Shown: positions 53,355 through 64,000, counted from the stretch's first letter. The stretch is DNA of 64,000 nt from Chlamydiales bacterium (GCA_965206695.1 CBDBKM010000013.1:32001-96000), one strand, 5' to 3'. Notes: generated from the letters alone by a model not told the origin. Translations and numbers: made by a program.

Positions 53355-54408
53355 ACAGGAGTTTCGCGCTACAGAAGTGCGTTATTTAAATCAGGGTATT
53401 ATTTTTCTTTTTTTTTGGGAGGAGAAATGCTGTTACATAAATGCACAAAGGAATGATATAGCACCTTCATTCAAGCAAGTGGTTGAGATATTTCGGGCTT
53501 GCGATGTCAAAAATTTGCCGCGATCAATTGTCACATGACAGCATTAGCCGCCGGTTAAAGGATCAAAAATTTCAACCTAAAGAAATTTTTGAAACCGTAA
53601 AGCACTATGTCAATATGGAAGAGCCGCGTGTACTGATTGTGGATGATACCGGTCTTTCAAAAATGCATAGAAAAAAAATAAAGCTTGTAAATGACCAATA
53701 TTTCGGGAATGTACATGATGTTATAGCAGATATCGGTTGGACCAATCTTTTATGGTATGGGATACACTCGGCAACACGCATGTCTGTGGCTGATAGAATG
53801 TATGATAAGGATAGTAACGCTCATTGTTTAGAAAGGCTTAAACCGACTCACAATCGAGGCTTTAATCTCCAACTAGTTGTTATAGATGCATGGTATTCTA
53901 GTATAAAAAATTTAAAGCCTATCTAGAGATATAGGATTAAATTTTGTCACCGGTTTGTGTAAAAATAGAAAAGTTAATCGACATGTACATTCGGAAGATT
54001 TGGATATTCCGTATGACCAGGATTGAGAATTCACTTGCGCGGTTATGGTTTTATTACGGCTTTTAAGTTTCCGGTTAAAAATGGTCGTATTGATTAAGTG
54101 GTTATCAATATTGAAGAACCCGGTCGTAATAACGTTGAAAAAATCATGAAGATTCGTTGGAAAATAGACGTTTATCATAGGGAATTGAAACAAACTTGTG
54201 GCCTTGAGCGCCGGCAGTCTCGTAACGCACGAGCGCAACGAAGTCATATTTTTGTATCTATTGATGCCCGGTTACACCAAGTTTAAGCGAAGGAGGCGAG
54301 ATAAAATATCTTTTTATCAACAAGATCGGGAAATAATAAAACCCGCTATTACTTTCAATATGCAAAATATTTTGGCTATGTGTTAACGCTTACGCGCGAA
54401 ACTCTTGT
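53355..54408 (+). mobile_element. IS701-family element, degraded
   Basis: TIRs ACA(G/A)GAGTTTCGCGC; SHDSISR, LIVDDT, IDAWYSS..NLK, RWKIDVYHRELKQTCG spread over broken frames. Confidence 0.82.
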
Positions 54409-54419
54409 TTAGATGATTA

Positions 54420-54720
54420 ATCAACCTATCACGACAAGTCCGGTTAAGTTTGCCGAGTGATCCTCCATTTTCAGGACTCAGCTTTCTATCCACTTCATCA
54501 TCTAAAGTATGTTGACCGACGGCTTCATGGCTAATGAATCATGCTTCTCCTTTTGATAGCTCCAACCTTTATCATACGGTAAGACCGCTTTAATACGATC
54601 ACGAATACGGCCTTCTTTTTCGTATGTATGTTGTTCTACAAGCCTTTTTTGCTCTGTTTGATCTAAAAAGTGTTTCATGCTCGGCATAATGGAATAATTT
54701 AAAATATATTTTCAACCCTT
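54420..54720 (-). pseudogene. IS630-like transposase 5' remnant (different subfamily)
   Basis: QH..EK.GRIRDRIKAVL..DKGWS HTH start. Confidence 0.55.
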
Positions 54721-55197
54721 CAAAAATTATGTGTATATCGAATTAGTAATAAACGAGTTATTGGTGAAATTTATAATTTAAACCGATATGTTTTCGCTTT
54801 CATAACTTTTTTTTCATTTTCATATAAATATTCAAAACATAGTTGCGATTTTTTAGATTATATTTATTTTTCTCTTATTTTTTTAAACATATGTCATTTA
54901 TTTTTCTCCGTAAAAACTTAATAAAATGACTTTTTTATTCGTTAAAAATATACACCATTATAAATATAATTAATTAGTAATTTCGGTAAATTAAAAACAA
55001 AAAAAATAACATCGAAATAGTTTTATTTATAAATAACTGTTTTGTGTCAATTAAAAAACTTGTGATAATTGACAAGTTAACTAAAATAGGGTAGAATTAT
55101 AAAATAGTCGAGAAAAAGGATAAATCTAAAACAAAATAGATTCAAAGAAATTGAAAGCAAGAATAAATAAGTATGATTAAGTATAGTAAATCCTATA

Positions 55198-55888
55198 ATG
55201 AGTAATATTTTAGATTTAGAGAGAGCACGGGGAAATCCGGAAGAGGTTGCTATATAAGTGATGAAGCATCTTCATCTAAGGTAACCGGTCTAGTATTAAA
55301 TAGACTTATTGCGATTTAAATTTTCAGTGGTTTCTGATAAGTTGTTTCAGAACAATATAGGCGGTAAACAGATGATTAAAGAACTGTTAAAACAAGCTAA
55401 ACTGATACAACTTTTATTGCGCAACAAGCCTACTGAAGAAACAGACACATTCATACAAAAGCTTTTTCAAAATTTAACTGCCATGAAGCTTATAAAAGAT
55501 CCTGAACCTGTAGCTAGAGAAAAAAAAATTCCGGAAAATGCATTTGCTGAACGAACAATAGGGAGCAAGCTTTCTACTAAAGAAACTTTAGCATTTAAAC
55601 AAGAAATTAAAACTTGGTTATCCACTCAGGGTCAAATAGAAGAAACTATTTTAGGTTATCTAAACAATTTAACTTATTGGTTGGCACGAAGAGATAAGAG
55701 ATTCTTTAGAAAAAATTAAAGAGCTGCAGCAAGAAGAACAAGTTAAAGGACAAGAACTCATATATACAAGGCAACTTCTAAAACAAACTAAAGAAAAAAT
55801 TGATATACATACAAACGTAAAACGTTTAGAGGATAACAACCCTTTAAAACGTAAAAGTCCTTGTTACGAATCAAGCACTCCGGATCTT
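55198..55888 (+). pseudogene. Decayed coiled-coil hypothetical gene hit by a MITE and an IS605 end
   Basis: LN|TEETDTF rejoins across the MITE; frameshift near 55706 continues as LEKIKELQQEEQ...; stops in the 5' part. Confidence 0.5.
55302..55431 (+). mobile_element. ~130-bp MITE (TIR consensus AGACTTGTTGCG)
   Basis: Left 50 bp match 3536-3587; right end matches 56556-56582; related end at ~57308. Confidence 0.7.
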
Positions 55889-55963
55889 TTGACGGCTCCC
55901 AACCCACGCTCCCCGGATCTGATATGATCTCCAAAGGCTTAACTTACCGACTGCCCAACGGTA
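55889..55963 (-). mobile_element. Orphan, internally deleted IS605 right end / omegaRNA remnant
   Basis: Aligns to 32508-32620, with ~50 central nt replaced by 12 nt; keeps the TCAA end. Confidence 0.8.
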
Positions 55964-56311
55964 GATCTAAAAGATAGGAATGGTATACAAAATATGAGAA
56001 TTAACACGAATACGAAACGCGACTTTTTAAAACTTCTGCGGACGCAACCAAGATGGGGGGGGGGGTCAACTGCATCTATGCAGTTTCCAATGTGTACATG
56101 AACCGGTGAGTAAAGCAAGAGTATATTTACATCCAAAGCATCCGCGTTTATTACAAACGATGCCTTTGTTAGGCGATTACTTCATTGGAAGATATTGATT
56201 GAGTATGATAAATTTTGGAGGTAGGCGAAAAAATAATTAGATTTACTCCCCCTCGGTAAACCTAGTAATCATTTCGTCTACTACTCCTTTTTTAAAAAAC
56301 TAGTAGATATA

Positions 56312-56548
56312 TAAAAATTTTAAAAGGAAGGGTTTCCTCCCCATTTTATTATGGTAATATAAGGTTGAATGAGACTCTCAAATGCCTTCCAATCAATAAC
56401 CTTATTCATTTCATTCAAAAACTTTTCCGATCTCAGTGTTTTTTTACGTAGAGAAAAAGATAGAATATTTAATATAGACATGATTAGACTCCTTTAAAAA
56501 AAGATTTTAATCTATCAAGCTATTTTTAAGCACTTATTCAGAGGGTCA
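56312..56548 (-). mobile_element. IS5-group 5' fragment
   Basis: LRSEKFLNEMNKVIDWKAFESLIQPY; diverged copy at 63672-63889. Confidence 0.7.
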
Positions 56549-56669
56549 TAAGCTTATACAACTTTTATTGCGCAACAAGTCTACTGAAATAACACTAGTG
56601 AACAAAAACAAAACTCTCGTATAATTAAAGAAAATTAATGAACTTAAATTTTAACAAAACTGATATTTT

Positions 56670-57308
56670 ATGCGAGAACTTCAAAATCTTTTTAACACCA
56701 ATAAAGCTTGGGCAGAAAACAAGATAAAAAATGATCCTGAAACGTTTCGTAAACTATCAGAAAAACAGAACCCAAAATATCTTTGGATAGGTTGCTCTGA
56801 TAGCCGTATTCCGGCCAATGAAATCTTGGGATTAGAGCCGGGTGAAGTCTTTGTTCATCGAAATGTTGGCAATCTGGTTCCCCATACTGATTTTAATTGT
56901 CTTTCTGTTCTTCAATATGGAATCGACTGCCTAAATATTGAACATATCATTATATGCGGCCACTACCGTTGTGGTGGAGTTGCAGCTGCCATGGGAAATG
57001 CACAATTTGGGCTTGTTGATAACTGGCTTCGCAATATAAGAGATGTTTATTCCTTAACAAAAGAAGAACTGGATTGCATTTCTGATCCTTTGCTTAAATG
57101 CAACCGCTTAGTAGAATTAAATGTTTTATACCAAGTAATGAATGTCTGTTACACTACTATTATTCAAAATGCTTGGGCAAACAATAAAAAGCTCTGCATT
57201 CATGGATGGGTCTATGATGTCTCTACAGGTCTATTAAAAGATTTAAATTGCTGTATATCTTCAATAGATCAAATTGATGAAACGTACCGCACCCTGAAAC
57301 TACACTAA
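56670..57308 (+). CDS. can: Beta-class carbonic anhydrase
   Basis: WIGCSDSR, FVHRNVGN, CGHYRCGGV zinc ligands. Confidence 0.95.
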   Translation: MRELQNLFNTNKAWAENKIKNDPETFRKLSEKQNPKYLWIGCSDSRIPANEILGLEPGEVFVHRNVGNLVPHTDFNCLSVLQYGIDCLNIEHIIICGHYRCGGVAAAMGNAQFGLVDNWLRNIRDVYSLTKEELDCISDPLLKCNRLVELNVLYQVMNVCYTTIIQNAWANNKKLCIHGWVYDVSTGLLKDLNCCISSIDQIDETYRTLKLH

Positions 57309-57522
57309 ACTTGTTACGATTTAAATTTTTTAATGCAAAAAGACCTTTTGTTTTTGTAGCATATTTTTGACAAAAAAAATAAACAGAAACAAAAGGTCTA
57401 AAATGAAAGATTGAACTGCTCTATATTGCTCTATCGATGATTGTTGGAAAGTTTTCAAAAAAGACCGGATGAAACACCTTATTGAAAATAAACACAATAG
57501 ACGAGGACCGGTACCTTTATTG
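57308..57522 (+). mobile_element. IS982-like 5' fragment
   Basis: MKD*TALYCSIDDCWKVF..KHLI...RRGP.P behind a TIR-like end. Confidence 0.55.
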
Positions 57523-57995
57523 CAAGAGAATTTATCTCGATGAAACCGGGATTCATCAATTTTTATTTCGTGAGTCCGGAAGAAGCTTACGCGGCAAAAG
57601 AGTTTTTGGAGCGGTTTCAGGAAACCGCTTTATAAGGCAAAATATTATTTCAGCCCTATCTAAAGGGCAGTTTTTATCTCCAATGTGTTTTGAAGGTACT
57701 TGTAATACCGGGTTATTCAATATTTGGCTTAAGGAAGTTTTGACTCCTCAGCTTACACCCGGTAGTGTTCTTATTCTTGACAATGCCGGTTTTCACAAGT
57801 CAGCGGAAAGCAGGAAAACAGTAGAATCTGCCGGTTGTAAGCTTATGTTTCTTCCTCCCTATTCTCCGGACTTAAATCCTATAGAAAAATATTGGGCTAA
57901 TATGAAAAATAAAGTTAGAGAGATATTACGAAAAGTTACGAATTTTAAATTCGCCATTGATCAAGCAATCTTATCAATATAAAATTAAATGACTA
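57523..57995 (+). mobile_element. IS630 3' half (copy 4) fused to the IS982 fragment
   Basis: Matches IS630 ORF B and the right TIR; 5' half missing. Confidence 0.88.
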
Positions 57996-58090
57996 TAATC
58001 TACTTACTGTTTATATGGCCTGCAAATCGCTTAATATTAATTATTTAAAATATTTATAAACTTTTCTATATAAAAAATGAAGATTACTAA

Positions 58091-58165
58091 CTCACCTTAC
58101 GCACACACTCTCGTAAAGAGCGTTTGATTCTGTAGCCTGCTTAGTAGAAGGTGTGCGTAAGGTAA
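58091..58165. repeat. Mini inverted-repeat element
   Basis: ACCTTACGCACAC (58094-106) / GTGTGCGTAAGGT (58151-163), flanked on both sides by ATTACTAA. Confidence 0.6.
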
Positions 58166-58172
58166 ATTACTA

Positions 58173-58243
58173 ATATGGGTAAGAAATGCGTTTTTGTACC
58201 CATATAAATAAGTATATGGGTAAGAAATAGATTTTTGTACCCA
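58173..58243. repeat. Two 30-bp palindromic direct repeats (period 41) downstream of fic
   Basis: ATATGGGTAAGAAATnnnTTTTTGTACCCA x2. Confidence 0.8.
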
Positions 58244-58245
58244 CG

Positions 58246-59334
58246 TTAAGAGTTTTCTTGAACATTTACATTTAATAAAAAATTGAGAAGAGCTTCATTT
58301 ATATAATAGTTATCTTTTCCCAATTTCTGTTTAGAAATCGCTTTAACACGAACAAGTTCGTTTAGATATTTCGAAGCTGTTTTTCTAGTCACCTGCAACT
58401 CTTGAACAATGAAGTCAATTTTAGTATAGGGATGACGAAATAAGCTATTCAGCAAATCTTGACTATAAATTTTAGGTAGTTCCTGACGTATTTTATTTTT
58501 ATGGGATAGCATTAGATTTTTAATGCCTTTGACTAAATAAATTGTCTGCAAAGATGTCTTTATGATTGCTTCTAGTATAAATAGCACCCACTCCCCCCAA
58601 ATACTCGTATCTCTAACAGACTGTAATAACCGATAGTAATCGGCTTTATTCTGATTAATAAATCGAGAAAGGTATAGTACGGGGGTGTTTAATAATCCGG
58701 ATTTCACTAAATAAAGAATATTGATAATACGTCCGGTTCGACCATTTCCATCATAAAATGGGTGTATACTCTCAAATTGATGGTGGATAATTGACATTTT
58801 AATAAGAGGGTCAACATCACTCATTTGTTCATCATTAATATATTTTTCCAGATTACACATTAACCGGATAATCTGTTTAGTATCCTGTGGAGGAGAGTAA
58901 ACAACTTGGCCTGTCTGTTCATTTTTTAATTCTGTTCCCGAAAGTTTGCGAAAACCTGCCTTATTATCAACGATTGAATGTTGTATTTGTAAAATATCAT
59001 TATTGGTCAGTAAATTATTTTTACGGACCTTCTCATAACCCTTTCGAAGAGCCGCTGCATAATTATAAACTTCTTTAGCTGCAGGCGTAACAAATTGTTT
59101 AGTGAAGCTATCGCTTTTGTAAAGGTCATCATGAGTCGTAAGTATATTTTCTATTGCAGAACTATCCTTAGCTTCTTGCAAAGACAGTGTATCAATAAGA
59201 ATACCTTGGTTTGGCATTATTTCTGTTACACCCTTTAATTCTGCAAGGGCTCGATGTGCCTCTGTTAGCTTTTTAAGAATAGGTTTTGTTTCTAAATCAA
59301 TAGAAAGTGGTAATAATGGTACTTTGTATAACAT
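58246..59334 (-). CDS. fic: Fic-family protein with N-terminal inhibitory motif and C-terminal HTH
   Basis: SSAIEN motif, canonical HPFYDGNGRTGR, VTRKTASKYLNEL. Confidence 0.92.
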   Translation of the reverse strand: MLYKVPLLPLSIDLETKPILKKLTEAHRALAELKGVTEIMPNQGILIDTLSLQEAKDSSAIENILTTHDDLYKSDSFTKQFVTPAAKEVYNYAAALRKGYEKVRKNNLLTNNDILQIQHSIVDNKAGFRKLSGTELKNEQTGQVVYSPPQDTKQIIRLMCNLEKYINDEQMSDVDPLIKMSIIHHQFESIHPFYDGNGRTGRIINILYLVKSGLLNTPVLYLSRFINQNKADYYRLLQSVRDTSIWGEWVLFILEAIIKTSLQTIYLVKGIKNLMLSHKNKIRQELPKIYSQDLLNSLFRHPYTKIDFIVQELQVTRKTASKYLNELVRVKAISKQKLGKDNYYINEALLNFLLNVNVQENS

Positions 59335-59676
59335 AGCGTTTATTTCATCGATAAATAGAACAAGTATTCTAACATCTTTGTGTTGAATAAGTCCACTTAA
59401 GTAATTGATAATCTGTACTAAATTTTTAATTAATCAACGACTGACGATACCTTTGAAACACAGCCCCGATTTGTAAATCATCAAAGATTGAATAAGTTAG
59501 TTCAAACTTTTAAAATACTACAACAGTTTAAATAAAATTAATATTAACACCAACCATTTTCTTTAACTTACATAAAAAATCCAATAAGATAGAATGCTAT
59601 TACTGTTTTTTAAATATTTTAATTAACTAACGTATTTTAAAGATTATCAACACTAGAATGCTGTTAAGGAAAACGC

Positions 59677-60513
59677 ATGAATGATAAAAATCGATTAGAA
59701 CTTCGATGGAATGGAAAAGACCTCCGGGAATCCCTTGAACCACGAATTCTTATTAATAAAAAACCGTTTGGAGCCCCATCGCAGGCAAGCAAGAACTTAT
59801 TACTACATGCCGATAATCTTCTAGGCCTAAAATCTATCGAGCATAAATATGTCAACAAGATCAAGTGCATCTATATAGACCCTCCCTACAATACTAAAAG
59901 CCTATTTCCTCATTATAATGACTCTATGGAACATTCTCTTTGGTTAAATATGATGAAAGAAAGGCTCATTATTCTTCATAGGCTTTTACGAGCAGACAGT
60001 TCTATCTGGATAAGCATTGATGATAGTGAATGTCATTATTTAAAGGTGATGTGTGATGAGATCTTTGGAAGAGAGAATTTTGTTGAATCCATCGTTTGGG
60101 AAAGAGCTTATGCACCCATTAATCTAAAGAAAACGCTTTCCAAAAATCATGATTATATTCTTGTATATGCCAAAAATATACAAAATCTAATATTAAATAA
60201 GTTACCCCGCACGGAAAACTCTAATGATCGATATAAAAATCCTGATAATGACTGTCGTGGCGTTTGGGACTCTGATAATCTTTCCGTTGGCCCTATTAGT
60301 TTACCCAATCACTACGCCTTCCGGTAGAAAAGTATTACCTCCTGCCGGTCGTTGTTGGGTTCTTTCTGAAGCTCGATTTCAAGAATATTTAGATGATGAT
60401 CGCATCGGGTTTGGTAAAAGCGGAAATAATGTACCACGTATTAAAAGGTTCCTATCTGAAGTAAAAAATGGCATTACTGCAATGACAATATGGAAGTATA
60501 GTGATGTAGGACA
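59677..60513 (+). pseudogene. mod: Type III R-M Mod (N6-adenine methyltransferase), frameshifted and truncated by IS30
   Basis: DNLLGLK, IYIDPPYNT, ISIDDSE..YLKVMCDEIFG, P.GRCW, PRIKRFLSE; FxGxG part absent. Confidence 0.85.
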
Positions 60514-62569
60514 TGTCTTTTCAACTATGAAGTGCAACAAACTTGTACTCTATTATAGCACAAATTCTTCGGATTGAAAACCTCTATAGGTGTTTTAAAA
60601 TTCAAACTTTTTCCGGGTCTTTCATTAAGCAGTTTTTCTATCTCTTTTACATCCTCTTGTGTTACATTATTAAAGTTTGTTTTCTTAGGCAAATACTGTC
60701 TAACTATAGTATTTTAATTTTTATTTGATAATATGTTATCCTTCTTTTTTTATACAAACAATAAGGACAAAACAATGCCTAGAGCCTATTCAGTAGATCT
60801 TCGAGAGAAAGTATGACAACATATAGAAAAACATCATGATAAAAAAACAGCCGGCCATATTTTTCAAGTAGGTATCGCAACAATATATCGATGGATCTTG
60901 CAAAAAAAGCAAAAAGGACATTTAAAGCCAATCCGCAGAAAATATGCTTATAAGAAATTAGATGATGAGTTGTTATCTAAATATGTAGAAAAACATCCGG
61001 ATTATTTTTTATCGGAAATTGCTGATTATTTTTCAGTCACTCCGCAAACGATTTTTTATGCCCTTAAAAGATTAAAAATTACACGAAAAAAAAAAACTAC
61101 TCGCTATAAGGAAAGAGATGAAAAGAAACGGGAAGCTTTTATGAAAGATTTAAAAAATATTCCCTTTGACAAGAGAATTTATCTCGATGAAACCGGGATT
61201 CATCAATTTTTATTTCGTGAGTCCGGAAGAAGCTTACGCGGCAAAAAGAGTTTTTGGAGCGGTTTCAGGAAACCGCTTTATAAGGCAAAATATTATTTCA
61301 GCCCTATCTAAAGGGCAGTTTTTATCTCCAATGTGTTTTGAAGGTACTTGTAATACCGGGTTATTCAATATTTGGCTTAAGGAAGTTTTGACTCCTCAGC
61401 TTACACCCGGTAGTGTTCTTATTCTTGACAATGCCGGTTTTCACAAATCAGCGGAAAGCAGGAAAACAGTAGAATCTGCCGGTTGTAAGCTTATGTTTCT
61501 TCCTCCATATTCTCCGGACTTAAATCCTATAGAAAAATATTGGGCTAATATGAAAAATAAAGTTAGAGAGATATTACGAAAAGTTACGAATTTTAAATTC
61601 GCCATTGATCAAGCAATCTTATCAATGTAAAATTAAATGACTATAACCCATTCGTATGTTCATTCAACCCTCTTTCCCGGGAATGATAGGGTTTAGCAAA
61701 ATAAAACTCTGCTTTGAGTGTTGAACTTACTTCTTGATGCCGAGAAAACTCTAAACCATTATCTGCTGTTAATGTGTGAACTCTATCCTTAACAGGCTTT
61801 AAACAGGTAATTAAAGCATCGGCAACACCGAGGGCTTGTTTAGACTTTACCTTCATAAGCATCGTATATTTAGAAGCACGATCAACAATAGAAACAATCA
61901 CTCCTTGATGATTTTTGCCTATTATCGTATCTAATTCAAAATCTCCTATTCTTGTTTTTTCATCGACAATACAAGGTCTTTTATCAATATCGAATCTATT
62001 GGGAATACAGCCTCGGCCTGCTTTATCTGCACCTCGCTTTTTATACTTCTTACCTTTGTGTCTTAAATTTTTATATAAATTGCCCCAATTTCGTTTATCT
62101 TTCCAAATATGACGATAAATACTTTCGTGGCTGATAAGCAGGCCTTCTTCTTCTTTCAATCGACCGAATATTTGAACAGGACTCCATTGAAGCAGTAATT
62201 TACTTTCTATCTTCATAAGTAGTTCAGGGGTCATTTTCTTTGTTTTACTGCTCGCTTTTGAACGCCTTCTTTTAGTTTTGATTTGTGCTGCAAAATAGAT
62301 ATATCTGCCTTCATAGCTATTTCTTTTTAACTCTCGATAAACAGTAGTTTTATTAACATTTAATTCCTGCGAAATAGAATCAACAGAATCTCCTCTTTTT
62401 TTTAAAGTACATATTTGGCACCTTTGTTCGTAGGTTAAATGCCGGTAGCCTTTAGGCATAAAAAATCCCTCCATAGTTTTTTTTTGCAAAAATTTACTAT
62501 AGAGATTTTGCCGGCATTTGGCCATTTTCAAATTCTTCCTATTTGTTGCACTTCAATGTTGAAAGGGCG
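60514..62569 (-). mobile_element. IS30-family element C, interrupted by IS630
   Basis: TIRs at 60514 and 62569; transposase 62459->61644 continues as VRQYLPKK..FKTPIEVF at 60540-60704; close relative of IS30-B. Confidence 0.88.
60707..61643 (+). mobile_element. IS630 copy 3, inactivated
   Basis: TA duplication; TTA->TGA near 60814, A11 tract, +1 shift near 61245. Confidence 0.92.
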
Positions 62570-62798
62570 CAACTATTAAATAGTATATAAAAAATAATTA
62601 TTAATTCTTTTATAATACCTTAACAATCGAGAAATATGATTAAAACAAATTAAAATAGAGAAGTATTGGTAAAATGTTATTTGAAATAATCCTTGCTATG
62701 ATTCATTACCTGAAAATAAAACTTGGTTTATAATCTTTTTAATTATTACCGGTTATTCTATGATTACCTTCCATTAAAACAGATTTTTAAAAATTAAA

Positions 62799-63578
62799 AT
62801 GCGACAACAGACAAAACAAACCACATCATGGCAAAATATTAATCAATGGTATGATCAAATCGTTGGAAACGATGGTATGTACTACCACCGCCAAATCATC
62901 ATTCCAAAGATTAAACAACTTTTAAAAGCGAGTAGTAGGCCTATTGAAAGAATTTTAGATCTCGCTTGTGGCCAAGGCGTATTAGCTCGTGCAATAGCAG
63001 AAAAACATCCTTACGTTGGTTTGGATTTATCTAACTCTCTTATAAAATCGGCTAAAAAGTACGCCTCAAAACCTAATCATCACTTCCATGTAGCGGACAT
63101 AACCAAACCCTTCTCTATTAAGGATAAAAATTTTTCACATAGCTTCATTATTTTAGCTTTGCAAAATATTGAGGATCCTAAAGCTTGTTTCTCTGAGATT
63201 CATAAGTGTTTAATTAAAAGGGGAACTTGTATCATCGTATTAAATCATCCTTGTTTTAGAATTCCCAGACAATCACATTGGGGTTACGATGAAAAGAAGC
63301 ACCTTCAATACAGGAAAATCGATCTATACAATACGCCTGTTTCTATTCCCATTCAAATGAATCCGGGAATGGGTAATCAATCTAACCAAACGATTTCCTT
63401 CCATCGCCCTTTATCTCAATACATACAATGGCTATCGGATACCGGTTTTGTCATTGAAGACATGCAAGAATGGTTTTCTGATAAACATAGTATTGGGAAA
63501 AATGCCAAACAAGAAAATAGAGCGAGAAAAGAATTCCCTCTTTTTATGACTTTAGTTGCGAGGAAATTTAAGTTTTAA
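62799..63578 (+). CDS. Class I SAM-dependent methyltransferase
   Basis: LDLACGQG, GLDLS, LNHPCFRIPRQSHW, SFHRPLS. Confidence 0.85.
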   Translation: MRQQTKQTTSWQNINQWYDQIVGNDGMYYHRQIIIPKIKQLLKASSRPIERILDLACGQGVLARAIAEKHPYVGLDLSNSLIKSAKKYASKPNHHFHVADITKPFSIKDKNFSHSFIILALQNIEDPKACFSEIHKCLIKRGTCIIVLNHPCFRIPRQSHWGYDEKKHLQYRKIDLYNTPVSIPIQMNPGMGNQSNQTISFHRPLSQYIQWLSDTGFVIEDMQEWFSDKHSIGKNAKQENRARKEFPLFMTLVARKFKF

Positions 63579-63665
63579 AGACAATGCCGAATAAGGGCCT
63601 CATCAATGTCAAAGATAACTAAAGTTTCTGTATCTGCACGCTGTAATGTCTGTTCAATAAGAATG
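63576..63665 (-). pseudogene. DUF2608-like N-terminal fragment
   Basis: ADTETLVIFDIDEAL resembles LGVFDIDQVL of 16006-16776. Confidence 0.4.
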
Positions 63666-63671
63666 ATCACA

Positions 63672-63889
63672 ACAAATTTTAAAAAGAATGGTCTCCTCCC
63701 CATATTATTATGGTAATAATAAGGCTAAATCAGGCCCTGAAATGCCTTCCAAGCAATAACCTTTCTAATCTCAGTGTTTTTTTACGTATAGAAAAAGATA
63801 GAAAACTTACTAGATACGGTTAAATTTCTTTTTAAAAAAAAGAGTTTAAGCTATTCAAGCTATTTTTAAGCACTTATTCAGATGATCCT
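63672..63889 (-). mobile_element. IS5-group 5' fragment (second copy)
   Basis: Aligns to 56312-56548, including CAAGCTATTTTTAAGCACTTATTCAGA. Confidence 0.7.
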
Positions 63890-64000
63890 ATCCCTTATCG
63901 CTCGATTATTACAAAAGAATTATCGCAATCGAATATAAATTCATTGTTAAGGCCAAGTGTGAGTGAATTATCACTTTACATAGGATAGCAAATTTAATAA

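Noticed and set aside
55309..55719. 136-aa ORF as a genuine gene
   Set aside because: Its first ~40 codons are MITE sequence fused to a pseudogene fragment.
57482..57982. 166-aa ORF as a novel transposase
   Set aside because: Chimeric junction of an IS982 fragment and the IS630 3' half.
58173..58243. Possible mini CRISPR array
   Set aside because: Only two repeats, an 11-bp spacer and no cas genes in the window.
1..64000. CCGG excess as a pure long-read methylation base-calling artefact
   Set aside because: In trpB the remaining CTGG sites are exactly those where conversion would be Leu->Pro; sequencing error would not respect codon position. Not fully excluded without reads.

Overview
AT-rich bacterial window, most likely from a host-associated member of Chlamydiota. 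This is inferred from the aroDE fusion, DUF2608, chlamydial-type mgtE and effector-like orphans. About 20 IS elements, MITEs or remnants are present (IS605/TnpB x3 plus an orphan right end, IS30, IS630 x4, several IS5 groups, IS1634, IS701, IS982), many nested and pseudogenised. The intact core is a minus-strand supercluster mgtE-aroB-aroDE-aroA-aroK-[hydrolase]-aroC-trpD-trpC-trpF-trpB-trpA. It lacks trpE/trpG; a fused PhzE-type chorismate aminase lies about 22 kb away. Other genes: ubiG (partial), pncA, glsA, nhaP, beta-carbonic anhydrase, fic, a broken type III mod, two outer-membrane barrels and a glycosyltransferase. Most interesting: (1) a 1159-aa signal-peptide-less protein with an intact GH18 DxxDxDxE motif that shares an unrecognised ~70-aa N-terminal domain with a small neighbour; (2) a window-wide CCAG/CTGG->CCGG mutational drive; (3) a microhomology-bounded tandem duplication whose orphan gene diverged almost only by amino-acid-changing substitutions; (4) an ankyrin plus His-Asn-Cys protease-like effector; (5) several TnpB/omegaRNA oddities. 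No rRNA, tRNA or CRISPR array was seen. All counts and alignments were done by eye.
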